DNA of 64,000 nt from Octopus vulgaris. Taxonomy: Eukaryota. Below, piece by piece: positions 31,355 to 44,480 of the stretch. Both the position numbers and the translations under genes were made by a program. The stretch lies in NCBI GenBank assembly GCA_951406725.2, contig OX597822.1, positions 92,504,001-92,568,000 of the forward strand. The letters are read 5' to 3'. Every line of letters begins with the position of its first letter. Position 1 is the first letter of the stretch. Under the pieces are notes generated by a model that had not been told where the DNA came from, did not search any database, and worked only from the letters and a program-made list of their open reading frames with translations.

Positions 31355-31923
31355 CATTACAGCCATTTCATGCGGCTCCATTTAATTAACACAGAAAGTG
31401 CGATGGGCCATGGCCATCAGGCACAGGTCAACAGACCATGATTGTGGCCCAGACAGATGTATTTAATTTATGGGCATTTGTTGGGGTCTAATGTCACTCA
31501 AACACTCCGATACCCACCAGAATGCAAGAGGACTAATAGTTCAACCAATGACTTTTCAGATGATGTAAAACTTGCCACCATTATATACTAAGATGATATT
31601 TTAACTATTTTTTGCTTTTTATGTGTGCATAGTAGTCTCATTTTCACAAAATGTGCTCAGAAGTCCATGCTATGTAAGTGCAAATCCCAATGCTTTATGG
31701 GTTAGTTAAAACATTACATCAATTTCAAAGAAACCATTCTCGTCAGATGAACGCATAGACTTCAAACAAAGAATAAACCCTTTTTTTAACAAATTTACAT
31801 CAATAATGAAAACCAAAATATTTCCATTGTTTCCTTTTGTTATAACTGCGGCAAATTGATGTAATTTTTTCATTAATCAATTAAATGGAACCGCTTGAAA
31901 CAGCCGTAATGAATTGACACCTG
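31355..31923. mobile_element. Tc1-like non-autonomous element, left tip eroded
   Basis: About 35-bp inverted ends CATTACAGCCATTTCATGCGG / CCGCTTGAAACAGCCGTAATG; right end CACCTG|TA. Confidence 0.7.
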
Positions 31924-32234
31924 TACATCTTTGTTACTTATATACATATGGGTATGTCTGGCTTTTTCAATTATCAATTATTTTCATCATTGGTACAGGG
32001 TTTTAGGATTTTTATTCATTTGCTTGCTTTCACCATTGTGTTTAAGTGAAAATTTGTAGTTTGGTCATTTTGACTGCTATATTTAGCATGCCAGTACTAC
32101 TTGTTAGTACCCTTAAGTATTGATATATATATATATATACACACATACACACACACACGTAATTGTACATGCATATACACACATATCTATATATACACAG
32201 ATATGTATGATTGTGTATAGAAGAATATATTACT

Positions 32235-32530
32235 CAAATTCCAACTTTGTCTAAAATTCCCAATTTATTTACAATCTTATAATAATACAATATAAGATAA
32301 TATAAAGAATATTAAATGTCCATTGTGATTGAACTAGTTTTTTCATGCATTAAACTAAGCAATCTTCAGGTTCATGTAGTAGTGGTGACAGTTTACAATT
32401 TACAGTTGTAAATTATAAAACATAACTGTCACCACTACTACATGAACCTGAAGATTGCATACATAATGCATGAAAGTATTAGTTATAAGATTGTAAATAA
32501 GATGTGAAAATCAGACAAAGTTGGAATTTC
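32235..32530. repeat. Inverted duplication with a hammerhead motif in each arm
   Basis: TGAAC-CTGAAGA-TTGC..GCAT-GAAA..TA-GTT on + (32443-32485) and - (32330-32374). Confidence 0.8.
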
Positions 32531-32652
32531 TTTGAGCTTATTATATATATAGTTGATCCAAACATGAAAACACAAACAGAAAACACAACAACGCGAGGAC
32601 GTGGAACAAGTATAGTATTATTGGACGCTCGGGAAAGAAGGAAAGAAGGAGG

Positions 32653-32687
32653 GTTTAACGTTTCGAGCAGAGCTCTTCGTCAGAAAC
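32653..32687 (-). ncRNA. Minimal type-I hammerhead ribozyme
   Basis: GTTT-CTGACGA-A-GAGC-TCT-GCTC-GAAA-CG-TT-AAAC; palindromic ACGT helix III. Confidence 0.72.
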
Positions 32688-32854
32688 ATAGGAACAGGAA
32701 AGATCCAAAGAAGGGAAGACGGAGGGGGGAAAATCGCCAACAGTACACACGCGGTCACATAGGGAGTATTCACAAAAAAAAAAACAAAAGACGAAAACAG
32801 GTGGTGTAGACAACAAACAGATGTATTAGTTTAACGCTGGGGAAGTGAAAAAGT

Positions 32855-32890
32855 CTTCGATGTTTCAAGCCTACGCTCTTCCACAGAAAG
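32855..32890 (-). ncRNA. Second tandem minimal hammerhead, core mutated (CTGTGGA)
   Basis: CTTT-CTGTGGA-A-GAGC-GTAG-GCTT-GAAA-CA-TC-GAAG in a homologous unit about 200 bp away. Confidence 0.5.
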
Positions 32891-33939
32891 GAACACAGAA
32901 AGAAACAGGGAGTGAAAATAAGGAATGTGTAGTGGCTAGCGATCTATATATATACATATGTGTATGTGACTCTGTGTGTATTCATATACATATACAGTGT
33001 TAAGAAACTCAAGAGAGCTGAACAGCACCTTCTCAGAGGTAAATGTCTCAGTCCTTAACCTTCTCCATTCTGATGGAGCCGGACTAATTTCAAATCATAA
33101 TTCCTGGCTTCTCCTAGGCTGACACTTTTTAGGCACGTAGCTATAGGAGACTTGTGCATTTAACCCGCTTGGAGATTTCATATAATTGTTGTTTTAACCT
33201 CATTTCAGATCGATTACTCAAAGGTGCACCAGCTATGATCATCAAGGATCAAAAGCGTACCAGCCGTGACCATGTAGGATAAATTTGCCCTCTGTATTTC
33301 TCGCACATAAAGGCGAAGTCATATGCATTCCTCAATATTCTCTTATAAAGTTGTGTACATTGGTGCTAAGACAGCTTGTGTGCATCCGTCCTAAAACTGC
33401 TGATAATGAGACTTCGTGGGGTTTATGACATTTTGAATTTTGTAACTCGGGTTTATAGATCGTAAATACATTAGGCCTTAGAAGCAATGAAATAACTTAC
33501 TTATCCTCTCCCTGTATGTCCGTCATCAAGAAAATCAATTTAATGCATTTTAAATACAAAAACACAAGTAAGCAATTTATGAAGGGTTTATATGTACTCA
33601 ATTATAATGGAGAAGCTAAATTAGAAAATGGGAATTCATAATGAATTCATTCAGTGAGTTTCAACCTGGGCACTCAACCGTAATTTCAGTTGTAGTCGAT
33701 TATATCGGTAACTGTACTAAAAACCATATAGCATTTTGTTCGATTTAATAAAGGTAAAAATCACCCTATAAATAAATATATTGTATGGAAAATGGACAAT
33801 AACCTATGGATTATCTAAATTTACCAATACAAACAGTGACCACCAAAAGCCGATTTTTTGTTACCTTTCGCTTTCTAAATGTGTTCGTATATAAATATAC
33901 ATATCCGATTACAAAAACAGCATCATAACGATCCAAGGA

Positions 33940-34390
33940 GCTGCTAGACATAGCAGCTAAATCATTCTCACATCGCACCCTCTCATCTTAAATAACATTG
34001 GAAATGTTTTTGAAAAAGATAGAATGATCATAGCTGGCACTCTGTGTGTACGTTAAGAAAATAAACAGGACGAGTGAATTTTCGTTCAAGTATATGACGA
34101 CCGTCCAATAGCGGCCGTCCCATAAAAGCTATTCTCATTTTACATAGCAAGAAAAAAGCATGCCACACACACACACATCGATCGAACGATGAAACCACTA
34201 TGTGGCTACTTTAACTTCTTAAATACAGCAGTCACATCTCCCCTCAAAGTTGGCCTTATTTTTAAAATGAAAGGATTCATTGAATTTAGTCCTAGATAGT
34301 ATTACAAAAAGACTTGAATGGTTGCGGTTAGAATGTTTTTAATCAAAGGTCTACGTGATCACAGCTGAGCTACACCAATACATTTAAAAC
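33940..34390 (+). repeat. Old diverged repeat fragments (TAGCAGCCAAAT family)
   Basis: GCTAGACATAGCAGCTAAATC and AAATACAGCAGTCACATCTCCCCTCAAA resemble the 62.5-kb unit. Confidence 0.5.
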
Positions 34391-34899
34391 ACAGTACACA
34401 CTATTGCCTCATGAGTATCAACATACACAAGCACAGGCAGCAGAGACAAATAAATATGTATCACAGGTGAAGTATAAAAATAAATACATATATGAATATA
34501 CATATATAAACTGAATTAGATGGACAAGTAAATAAGCTATATGGAGAGGATGGGGGGGCGAATAAGCAGATTAGTGAAGTGTAAATATTTAAGTGGGTTT
34601 TCTGATAACAGAGGAAGAGGGAGGGAAAAGATGCGTCGAGAGGGAACTGCATCCAGGCTGGAACAATAATCTAAAAATTTACATCCAGGCAGGAGCAATA
34701 TCTAAACATTTACAACCAGGCTGGGCTGGTTAAAACTGCAAAAAAATTGCCCTAACTCAATCACTTCGTGAAAATAATAATTTTTGGGAACCTTTTATTT
34801 TAATGATCGTATCCTGTCGACCACAATGTCAAGTTTAATTAGTCGAATAAAAAAAAAAAAGGAATGTTATGTGTTAAGTAAAAAGAGGGGGGGAGTATT

Positions 34900-35460
34900 A
34901 TTGAACTGTTATGTTAAGAATTGATTCCTATTGAACGAAGAGTTCAATGTTGAACGGATTAAGTGTGTGTGTGTAGAACAGTGCTGTGTCTCATTAACAT
35001 AAAGGCCACAACAAGAGCGAGTGACACGAACGAAGGTCACTAACTGGCTCCCCAATAAATTGCTACAACATACAAACAGCCAAGCAAGAATTTAATAACA
35101 ATGACGAGGAGTATAACGATGAAACACTTTCGAGCGTTTTGCAAATGGGAGGAATTAAAAAATGAACATCGAAGGGTAGATTCAAGTCGATGGTATTGAA
35201 AAATCCTCATTAAATAAGAGGAGAGAGAGGAGGAAGTTGGCTAGTAATACTAACAATCTATAGATATCTACAGAGAGAGACAAACAGACAGACAGAGAGT
35301 ATTTACTTATGTACAATTTCAGCATCAACAATGATGTTTGGTGAAGTTACGGTGATAGCAAAATGGCGACCGGAGCCAGTGATTCACAGACGAGACAAAC
35401 TCGGAGATATTGCAATGGTATCCGTCAGGCATGATGATCGCTTACATAGCAATTAACGTA
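34900..35460. promoter_or_regulatory. Candidate promoter/first-exon region
   Basis: Repeat-poor, CpG retained, CAAAATGGCG (YY1/Kozak-like) at 35359-68; no long ORF. Confidence 0.3.
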
Positions 35461-36911
35461 GACATCAGATATATATATACGCTACAATAACACTGGGGGA
35501 AAACGGGGAAAAAAACTAAATACTTTAATCTAAAATGCCCGTATACATTCCCTGTATGTGTGTATATATTTTTTTTTAATATGTGTGTATACATACAAGT
35601 ACGATCGTTGTCAATGCTGGCTACTTTGCAAGTTTTATTGCTAACTAATCAGAAGAAATGAGAGCATTCGAATAATTACTAATGCATAAATAAATAATTG
35701 ACATTGATTAAAATGATAAAATAAAATTAAATGATTTACTTACATGCAAAATTTAGAAAAATGTATCCACAACTGCCGGTAGAAAACACGTTTATAAGAC
35801 AAGCATAAGAGATGATAAAGTAGTACGAAAACATGGAACTGACAATGCCTAGCTTATTAAATGTATGGATCACAATACGTAACAAAATAAATTTTTCAAT
35901 TAGATTGATAAAAAATCATTACATTTTATGCTGATATGTTTATTTTTTAGTTGATTTATTTTTAATAAATTATTTTAAAAGTATATTTTGCTTTCTTGCT
36001 TTCTTCTTCATTTTATGAAACTTAAAATCCATAAGGATTTTATAGCTTCAAGCTTTCCGTATATACGTTTACTATTTATTTTATTCTAGGAAGTTATTCA
36101 GAAAAAATATTTTAATTTATGAACCAAATTTGCAATATATTTTTTTTCCATTTTGTTTTTTACAAACATTACACTATTCCACTTTTTAATTTTTCAACAA
36201 ATAAACATTTGATTTTGTGCGCAGGATGAAAGTAAAACATACTTTATTGCGCGGAAGGATATCAGCAGTGTTTAGGTCGTTATAGAAATTCTACTATCAG
36301 AGCTGAAGAGTAATTCTTACCACACTTATTTCGGTAAGGTAAACTGGAAATCTCTAATTAAAAACTTCATTCATAATGTCCAGTAACAAAAATAATTGGT
36401 TCTTTTCTTTTGATGTTCTATTATTATTTTTTGATATTTTGTTCTAATTCATCACGTTATTTCAACTTTGTTTTGATAAATATTAATTTTCTTAGCAACA
36501 GATATTAAATTTAGTCATTACAACCAATACTGTTGAACACAAAATCTATTCTTTTATGTCTATTAGAATATGTTTACCATTTATCAGTATTATTCTATTA
36601 ATTCCATAATTCTTTAGTTGAAATATAATCAGCATTCCATATTTGATATCATGTTTACAATGACACCTAACAAATGTCACCCTTCACGCACGTTGATTCT
36701 TCAAATATTTGACATTAAAATTACAAATGAGGTCAGTTTACGATCTGTTTTCGATTTTAGTTTGTGCTGATTACTGCTGTCATTTTATCTGAATCTCTTT
36801 GAGCTTTATTTTATACCCATACACGCAAACTTAAAAGCAGTGTCGTTAGAAATGGAGTGGTACGGAAAGAATTGTAACGAATATTAAAGTTGTACTAAAT
36901 TCATTCTTCGT

Positions 36912-36971
<60 letters not shown>

Positions 36972-36990
36972 GACTATACACATACACAAA

Positions 36991-37889
36991 ATAGCAGAGA
37001 TACCCGGCGTTGCTTGGATTAAGGTGGTGTGTATTACAGTTATGTTGAAACAGGTGATACGAGAAAGTGCAGCATTAACGACAAAACAAATGGTCTAATT
37101 CGACTAAGCTACATGTAATACGTCCATTTGGAGGATTCCAGACCCCAGCCGATCATGGAAAAGTGGGTGTATGTAATTTTTGAACCCAGCAAAAAGCTGA
37201 TTCTTTCACCCGCACGATTTTCACTGAGAAAAAAAAAACTCGGATTTTTTTAGTGGAATCAAGTATTCTGACATCCTAATATGCTGCAAACTCATTTTTG
37301 TTCGGAAAAGGTGGGGACCCCCTATCCCAGAATCTTTGGAATATTTTTTTCTGTTGAATGAATTTCAGTTACCTCCTAATATGCTACAAAACCCTTTTTG
37401 GGATCCGGAAAACGGGGTAGGGAGAGGTGGAAGCCTCGGAAATTTCAACCCACCCCACTACCATTGATCTTTTCACCCGCACGATTTTCAATAAGAAAAA
37501 AGAAACTCAAAATTTTTGCATGGAATCAAGTATCCTAACCTCCTAATATGCAGCAAACTCCTTATTTTTGTTAGGAAAAAAGGGGGGAAGCTGAACCATC
37601 ACCCCCCCCCCCCAATATCCCAGAATCGTTGGGGATTTTTTTTTTTCCATTGAATGAATTATAGTGACGCCTAATATACTACAAAACCCTTCTTTGGGTC
37701 CAGAAAACGGGGTGGAGCCCTCAGCAATTTCACCCCACCCCCATTTTCAAATATTTTTTGCTATTTCTTTCTTTACTCATAATTTTAGATAACATTTTGC
37801 AGAAATACGTTTTCGAGAGAGTGTGGAAACATTAGATTGAAAATTCAAAGAAGTTTGAAATAAATAAGTGAAAATGCAGAGGTTATAGA
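36991..37889 (-). mobile_element. Non-autonomous Helitron with an internal duplication of about 265 bp
   Basis: Reverse 3' hairpin CCCGGCGTTGCTTGG; reverse 5' end TTATAGA|T; units at about 37200-37460 and 37467-37745. Confidence 0.65.
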
Positions 37890-37899
37890 TGTTAGAGTG

Positions 37900-38700
37900 G
37901 TACCAAAGTCAGTGGAGAGATAACGAATGATAAATAAATTTTGAAAAAAAATTTTCCTCTATTCAACTTCATAAAAATTTCCTCCAGATTTGGTAACAGG
38001 TAATTATATGGCATCAAACATTCGTTTAATCTCATTGAAAAAACAGCACATACCTGGATTTTATTTTTTTCAGTCTTTTTCTTCAATTTTATCCACATCA
38101 TGTCTTAAATTTATAATCCTATGGCATTCTTCAGCCACTGCCTGTAGAGTTAATTTTTGGTCCTGTTCTTTTCTTGCAGTTAACCCTTGAACAAAAATTA
38201 AACATTTGAACAAATCAGGGGTTAATTCATTTAATTTGAATTTTTCACACTCTCTTTAACTATAGGTAACAAAATTTTCATCATTTTTAACTAAATTTAA
38301 ACACTACCAATGAGTATTGAACAGGGAACTTCTTTCACTGAAAATTCTCGATAAATTGTTTCATCAAGACAAATCTCATCTGGCTTCTTTAGCAGAATAT
38401 AATTACAATATTTTTCATGTTTAGCAGGGGACAACTTTCTTAAAAACAATCGCACCTTCTTCTCATCATTCCAATGTTTATATTTTTCTTTGAAGATTTC
38501 TTCGTATCTTCTAAAATATGCAGAAAAAGTAGTACCTTCTTCTGAGATATAAATAAATTCTCCAATTGAGATTGCTACGCCATCTGACGAGAACGAACCT
38601 GAAGTATTTTCAGGCTTCTTCAACATTACTTCCAGTAACTGTTGGTATTGTTGTTGTTGTAGTTGTTGTTATAACTGCTGTTACTATTGCAACTTTTTGA
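37900..38700 (-). mobile_element. Ty3/Gypsy LTR retrotransposon remnant (K02A2.6-like gag plus RT fragment), internally deleted
   Basis: TFSAYFRRYEEIF...KKVRLFLRKL...YCNYIL; IQVCAVFS.RLN...YLLPNLEEIF...FFKIYLS. Confidence 0.8.
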
Positions 38701-38739
38701 AAACTTTGTATAGGCCTCTGAGCAGGTATTGCCAAGCTT

Positions 38740-40990
38740 TTGGCAAAATTTGATGCAGATTCTCTGCTCAACTTTCTCTGTAATGGTCAATGCGATGATC
38801 ACACGCTACACACCTTCCTGCCAAGCACTGTGGTAAATGTCGTGAGTGAACAGAAGTGGCTAGGGGCCAGAAGGGAAGGAGAAAGAGTTAAACAGATAGA
38901 GAGCATGATTGGTGTTATGAATGTGTGAGGGGAGGGAAGCCACTAGAGGGGCAAGGATATGGTTGAGGTACTTGGAGATCATTTTGGTGGGGCAGTTGCA
39001 GGTGGAGACAATGGAGCAACCAGTGTTGTTGGGCTTGTGGATTTTGGGAAGGAAGTAAATAGCGGGGGGGGAATATGGACAGTGAGGTTGAAAGTGATGG
39101 AAGGAAGATGGGAGAAGGAAATGAGGCCATGAATGGTGGAGGACAGTTTGTTGGTAGTTAGGCATGGGGGTAGAGGGCAATAGAAGGAGGTGTCTTGAAG
39201 TTGACGGGAGAGCTTCAGCCCTGTAGAGGTCTGCACGCCACACCACTACAACTCCACTCTTGTCAGCTGGTTTGATGATAAAATCTTTGTGGCATCAGAG
39301 ACATTAAAGGGCTGAGAGTTGAAATATCGAGGATGCCTGTGAAAGTTGAATCAGTCCACAACACGTTGACAGATGCTTGCAAATTGATCAACTGCTTGAA
39401 ACTGGCCAAAAGTGGGCATCCAGTAGGATGGTCGACAGCCCAGGCCAGTGAAGCAGTCTTCTACATTTAATGTGGGTGGAGTGTTGTGGAATAGTGGGTG
39501 TCGCCTGATGTGGTGCACAAAGTATTGGATATCAGCACAGGTCTGAAACTTGTTACTCAATGGAGTGAGAGGGATGAAGCACAGACCCTTACTAAGAAGC
39601 GAGCACTCAACTTCAGAGAGGGTTAGATCAGGAGGAATGGTAACAACAGACTAAAGGGGTAGTTAGGTGGGGGGGGGATGCAGTGGAAGGCAGAGAAGAA
39701 TGTGGCGTGTGGGAGGGTTGAAACAATGGAAGGGTGAGAGTGAGGATGAGGGGAGTGAATCATGGAGGGAGGAGTGTAGTGGAATCAGGTGGGACAGGAT
39801 GAAAGTGGGTGGGGTTTATGTTGTTTAGTGCAAGCAAGAAAGTCATTGAGAAGATGGTTTAGGTGGAGGATAAAGAATATAGTGGAATGTGCAATGGATG
39901 GTAAGCAGCAAGAAAAGAAGGTGGAATAAGTGAGAGGGAGAAGGCAGTCAAGGGTATACATTGTGGAGAGATTAAGGTGCAGATTATGGGTAAGATGGCA
40001 GAAGCAGAATGGAAGGTAGGGTGGAAATGGAGGAAGATGAGGTGGTGATGAAGGCGTGTTTTTTTTTTTTAAATAAGTAGAGAACGATTAATAGAAGGTT
40101 GAAAGCAGTAGAAAAGAAGCATGGTAAGGTGTTTTTTGAGGCAATGGTGAAGGTGGAGGAGGAAGGATTTATAATTAGGCATGCCAGAAAATGGAGAAAA
40201 AAATGTTAGAATGGAGAGAGAATGGCAAAATTATTAACATACAGAGTTTAAGAGTTTGGTAAGTTCAAAAGTTGTGATAGATTAGTGTGAGTTACATCAA
40301 CGAAAATAGCCAGTAAGATACATGGAGATAGAGTCTGAAAGAGTCCAAAGATCCAGTGGTAATCTGGGTGAAGTGTTGGTTATGTGGATGAGGAGAGGTA
40401 CTGAAAGTTCAGGAAGTTAAGTTAAGTTAATTTTTCGGCTCAAAAAGCAAGGCCATGTAGGGGGACATGGAGTTATGTACAGGGAGGGTATTCATGCAAA
40501 GAGTTCAGGCCATTTCTGGTCAAGAGAGACTTTGAACCGAGTGGTCATTGGTATCTTCACTATCTTGTCCGGCAGCTTATTCCACGGATCCGCAACCCGG
40601 ACGGAGAAAGCCCCTCTCCTTCGATTGAGATGAAATCATCGCAGATAGAGCAGCCGATGCTCTGGAGCAGGAGTGAAGAACAGCTCTTTCAAGAGGTTAC
40701 ACATTCTGCTTATGATGTTGTGAGCGAGAATGAGATCACCATGGCGGTGGCGTTTTTCTAGAGAATAAAGGAAGTAGTTAAGATGAAAGTCTAAGTGAGT
40801 AGAAAGTTCAGTCAGGCAGAATCAAACTGGGGTAACCATGTCAACATATAATATATAGTTCAAATTTATAGAAAATAAAAGGTGAAAACTGGTGTAGGAA
40901 CAACAAGCTGGTGTAATAGTTTAATGCTTGGTAAGAATGGAAAGGTTTTTTATGTTTCAAGCCTACATTCTTTGACAGAAAAGTTAAGAG
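38740..40990 (-). mobile_element. Penelope-like element, 5' half, degraded; hammerhead remnant at 40945-40983
   Basis: LLSKGLCFIP, IIKPADKSGVVVVW, YFLPKIHKP, ILAPLVASLPSHI. Confidence 0.82.
40415..40770 (-). mobile_element. CR1 LINE 3' fragment, same family as 9177-9560
   Basis: Colinear similarity; (TTAAC)n tail. Confidence 0.87.
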
Positions 40991-40998
40991 GAAAAAAA

Positions 40999-41031
<33 letters not shown>

Positions 41032-41179
41032 CCAAAACTAGGGAATGGAGTAGATAAAATCCAGGCTACATATGTTTTATAGCTTGTAGAACTTCAGAAG
41101 TAATAATTATCCAAATGAGGAGTAATCTGCTAGCTACTCGTTAGGCCAAAGATACTTTAATCAAAAGAAGTTTACAATA

Positions 41180-41550
41180 GGCGCAGGAGTGGCTGTGTGG
41201 TAAGTAGCTTGCTTACCAACCACATGGTTCCAGGTTCAGTCCCACTGCGTGGCATCTTGGGCAAGTGCCTTCTGTTATAGCCTCAGGCCGACCAATGCCT
41301 TGTGAGTGGATTTGGTAGACGGAAACTGAAAGAAGCCTGTCATATATATATATATATATGTGTGTTTGTCCTCCTAGCATTGCTTGACAACCGATGCTGG
41401 TTTGTTTACGTCTCCGTCACTTAGCGGCAAAAGAGACCGATAGAATAAGTACTGGGCTTACAAAGAATAAGTCCCGGGGTCCATTTGATCGACTAAAGGT
41501 GGTGCTCCAGCATGGCCACAGTCAAATGACTGAAACAAGTAAAAGAGTAA
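41180..41550 (+). mobile_element. Full-length SINE family 1
   Basis: Matches 15709-16110. Confidence 0.92.
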
Positions 41551-42560
41551 TGTTGCAGGAGATTCAATTGAAAATGTGTAGAAAGCATAGAAACAGAGAA
41601 GAAAAGCATATTAGTGAAGAAGTAATGTATGGGAATGAGTAAATGTCTAAACTTTCAAAGGAAAAGAATAATTATATGAACAGGGAAAGGAAAGGGGGAT
41701 GAGTAGGGGGAAATTTAGTATTATTGAAGCTAGCAAGGGGAATGTCTTTGTGAATTCAAGCTGAGGTCATTTACAGGTCTACTGTAGAATAAATAAGTAA
41801 ATATATTGTGGCACACTGAAAATACATTTAAACAGAATCAAAGAGAAAGAAGATGTAGTGTCAAATTAAGAAATTGTTAGGAGGGGGAAGGAGAGGGAGG
41901 TGGGAGATAATGAGGGACATAGTAGTTCTAGGTAAGTTGTTTGTTTATAGCTTAATTTTAAAACTATATAAGTGTGTATTAGTGCACCCGCACATTTTTT
42001 GTGTGCCTGTAGAATCTAATAGGTGTGTGTGTGAGCATGGGCATTTGTATATTCTCAGGTACAGTAGGAAGGTGTAGGGAGGTAAAAATGTTAGGAAAAT
42101 ACAAGGTGTAAACAGATAAAAAAATATAAGATAAAATAATGTAAAAATTATAAAGGTAGCCAAAAAAACTGTTCGTTATAAAATGTGGAAGATCTGCAAA
42201 TTGGGTGCAGAGGAATAGTTACCAGTCCTAGCTGTGTCAGTGAAGTGAATGGAAGGGTTAGTGGCAAAATTTTTATTTATGGTCCTCTAAGTAAAGATGG
42301 CATGGGTGAGGTAGGAGAGGTTCAGTTCTATCTTCTAAACCAAGTTTAAAAATGAGATCACAATTCTTGATGTTGATATCTCTCAGGGCAGAGTCCGGTA
42401 CAATAAGGTGGTCCTTGTGCAGTTGTTTGAGTATTAGTTCCAGATGTGTATAGTGGTATGGCTACCAAGTTTCTCTTATGTTATATGTTATAGCGTATAT
42501 TTTCTAGTTAGTTTGTTTACAGTTAATGCAATGCTACTTATTATGTTTCCTATTTGGAAA

Positions 42561-42880
42561 TATGAGAGATGTTCAATAAGTAATGCCCCTGACCCACTTG
42601 CAGTTGTTTGATCTAGCTGAAATTTTGCATGTGCAATTATTTATATCTCTATAGATTAAGTGACAAATTACAGCTCTGATTTACAGGTGTTTGAACTGAG
42701 TCAAGTGTGAAATGGAGCCTGTTGAGTGTCGAGCAGTGATCCGGTTTTTGTATTTGAAAGGACACACACCACGGGAGACTTTTGATGAAATGAAAGTAAC
42801 TTATGGTGATGATGCCCCATCATATGACCTTGTAAAACGCTGGCATCGTGAATTCAAACTTGGTCAGAACTCTGTGGAAA
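42561..42880 (+). mobile_element. mariner transposon left end plus N-terminal HTH, truncated
   Basis: TATGAGAGATGTTCAATAAGT end; RAVIRFLYLKG...YGDDAPSY..VKRWHREFK.G. Confidence 0.85.
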
Positions 42881-44480
42881 CAAATACAAATCTGAGAGAC
42901 ACAAAAGTGAACGCTGTCAACGTCATTGATACTGAAACCACAATTGTTGACAGCCCTGTCATCACCACCACTACTAAGACTACCACTGCTACCACCACCA
43001 CTAAGACTACCACTGCTACCACCAACAACAGCAACAACAAAAGAAGTATGAAAAGACTCCTACCATCACCACAAAACAAAATGGTTCTTCCACCAGCACC
43101 AACACAGTAGCCAAAACGTCTAGAAGTATTCCTAGGAATGTCTCGTCCTTTACTTTTAGTGGAGGATTAAAATGCTACTTTGGACATGCATCTAGACTAT
43201 GTGGGAACAGATAGGAATAGACAGGAATGCAAATGCCTCAAAAACCTGCTCAGACGCTTTCAACTGTCTGACAGGCACCAACGTGGACATGGAGCAACTG
43301 CATTGGGTCATTGAGATCGCATCTAGATAGAATACTGTGTAGGACAGTAGATAGAGATAGCGTAGGGTATTCACAACTTCACATAGTCTGCTACACAGAT
43401 CACAAACTTGTGACGTGTACGCTAAGCTTAGATAAGGCACATAGGCAGGGTCCTGGTTACTGGAAACTGAATGTGTCTTTCCTGTCAACACAGGTTTACA
43501 GAGACTGGATTAGCACGCTAGTGAAGATGGTTTTGACGGGAACCATCATCAACAACAAATAGTGGTTTGCCCTCAAGCAATAAAAGCTGAATCAATTAGG
43601 TATAGCAAAGCACTAACAATAGATAGAAACAAAATAGAGGGAGACCTAGTTAAGAAACTAGAAGAGGCTATTAGAAGTGGCATTGCATCTGACATATTGG
43701 CGGTGAGGTTGGCCCTTGACCAACACTTCAACACCAAACACAAGGGGTGCATTGTCAGGGCTAGGATATGTGCTTTAAGAAACGAAGGTGTTGGAGCCAC
43801 ACAGGAGGCCCAGGTGGCGGAGGCACAACAGAGCAACAAAGTCACCATTCAGTCTCTGATGGATGAACAGGGGTGTGAATTACTTGAGCCTAGTAAAATG
43901 TGAGACCTTTCAGCAGCACTTTGCCTGACTGTTCGGGACAAGTGATGAGCAAGAATGCAGGGTGGACTTTAGTAGCTACCTGCATAGCCTGCCATGACTC
44001 AGCAAGAGAGGCAGAGTGTTGCGAAGGTGCCATCACAGCAGCGGACATGCGGGACATGATGGCAGAGTGCTTGAGGGACACATAGCTGGGTTTAGATGGT
44101 CTCCCCTACGAGCTTTACAGTTGTATGCCAGACTTGTTTGAAGGCATCTTGGAAGCAGTGTACTGCAACTGACAACAAAACAGGAGCATCCCCAGTTTTG
44201 TGAGCAGAGGATCCATAATACTGCTGAAGAAAGATCCAAACAAGGGGGCTGTAATAGATAACTTCAGGCCCATCACTCTGCTCAAGGCAGATTTGAACAT
44301 TTTGGCCAAGGTATTAGCCAAGAGGTTGGTGCTTGTCATCAAGAAACTGGTCGACAAACATGTGCCATGCCGGGCTGAAGCATCCATGACAATCTCCACC
44401 TCATGCACTACATCATAGACAGGGTAGTTAAGGAACCTGGCATGGGTGGGGCACTGATCAATTTGGATCAATCCAAAGTG
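42881..44480 (+). mobile_element. L1/Tx1-clade LINE remnant (EN plus RT N-part)
   Basis: SHLDRI, TDHKLV, GPGYWKLN, GLDGLPYELY, NFRPITLL, ILAKVLAKRL. Confidence 0.83.

Noticed and set aside
31720-31755. CTGACGA...GAAA hammerhead on the minus strand
   Set aside because: Stems are poor and it lies inside a Tc1-like DNA element
42712-43110. SETMAR-like host gene with Thr-rich tail
   Set aside because: Chance fusion of a mariner N-terminus with low-complexity sequence of an adjacent element
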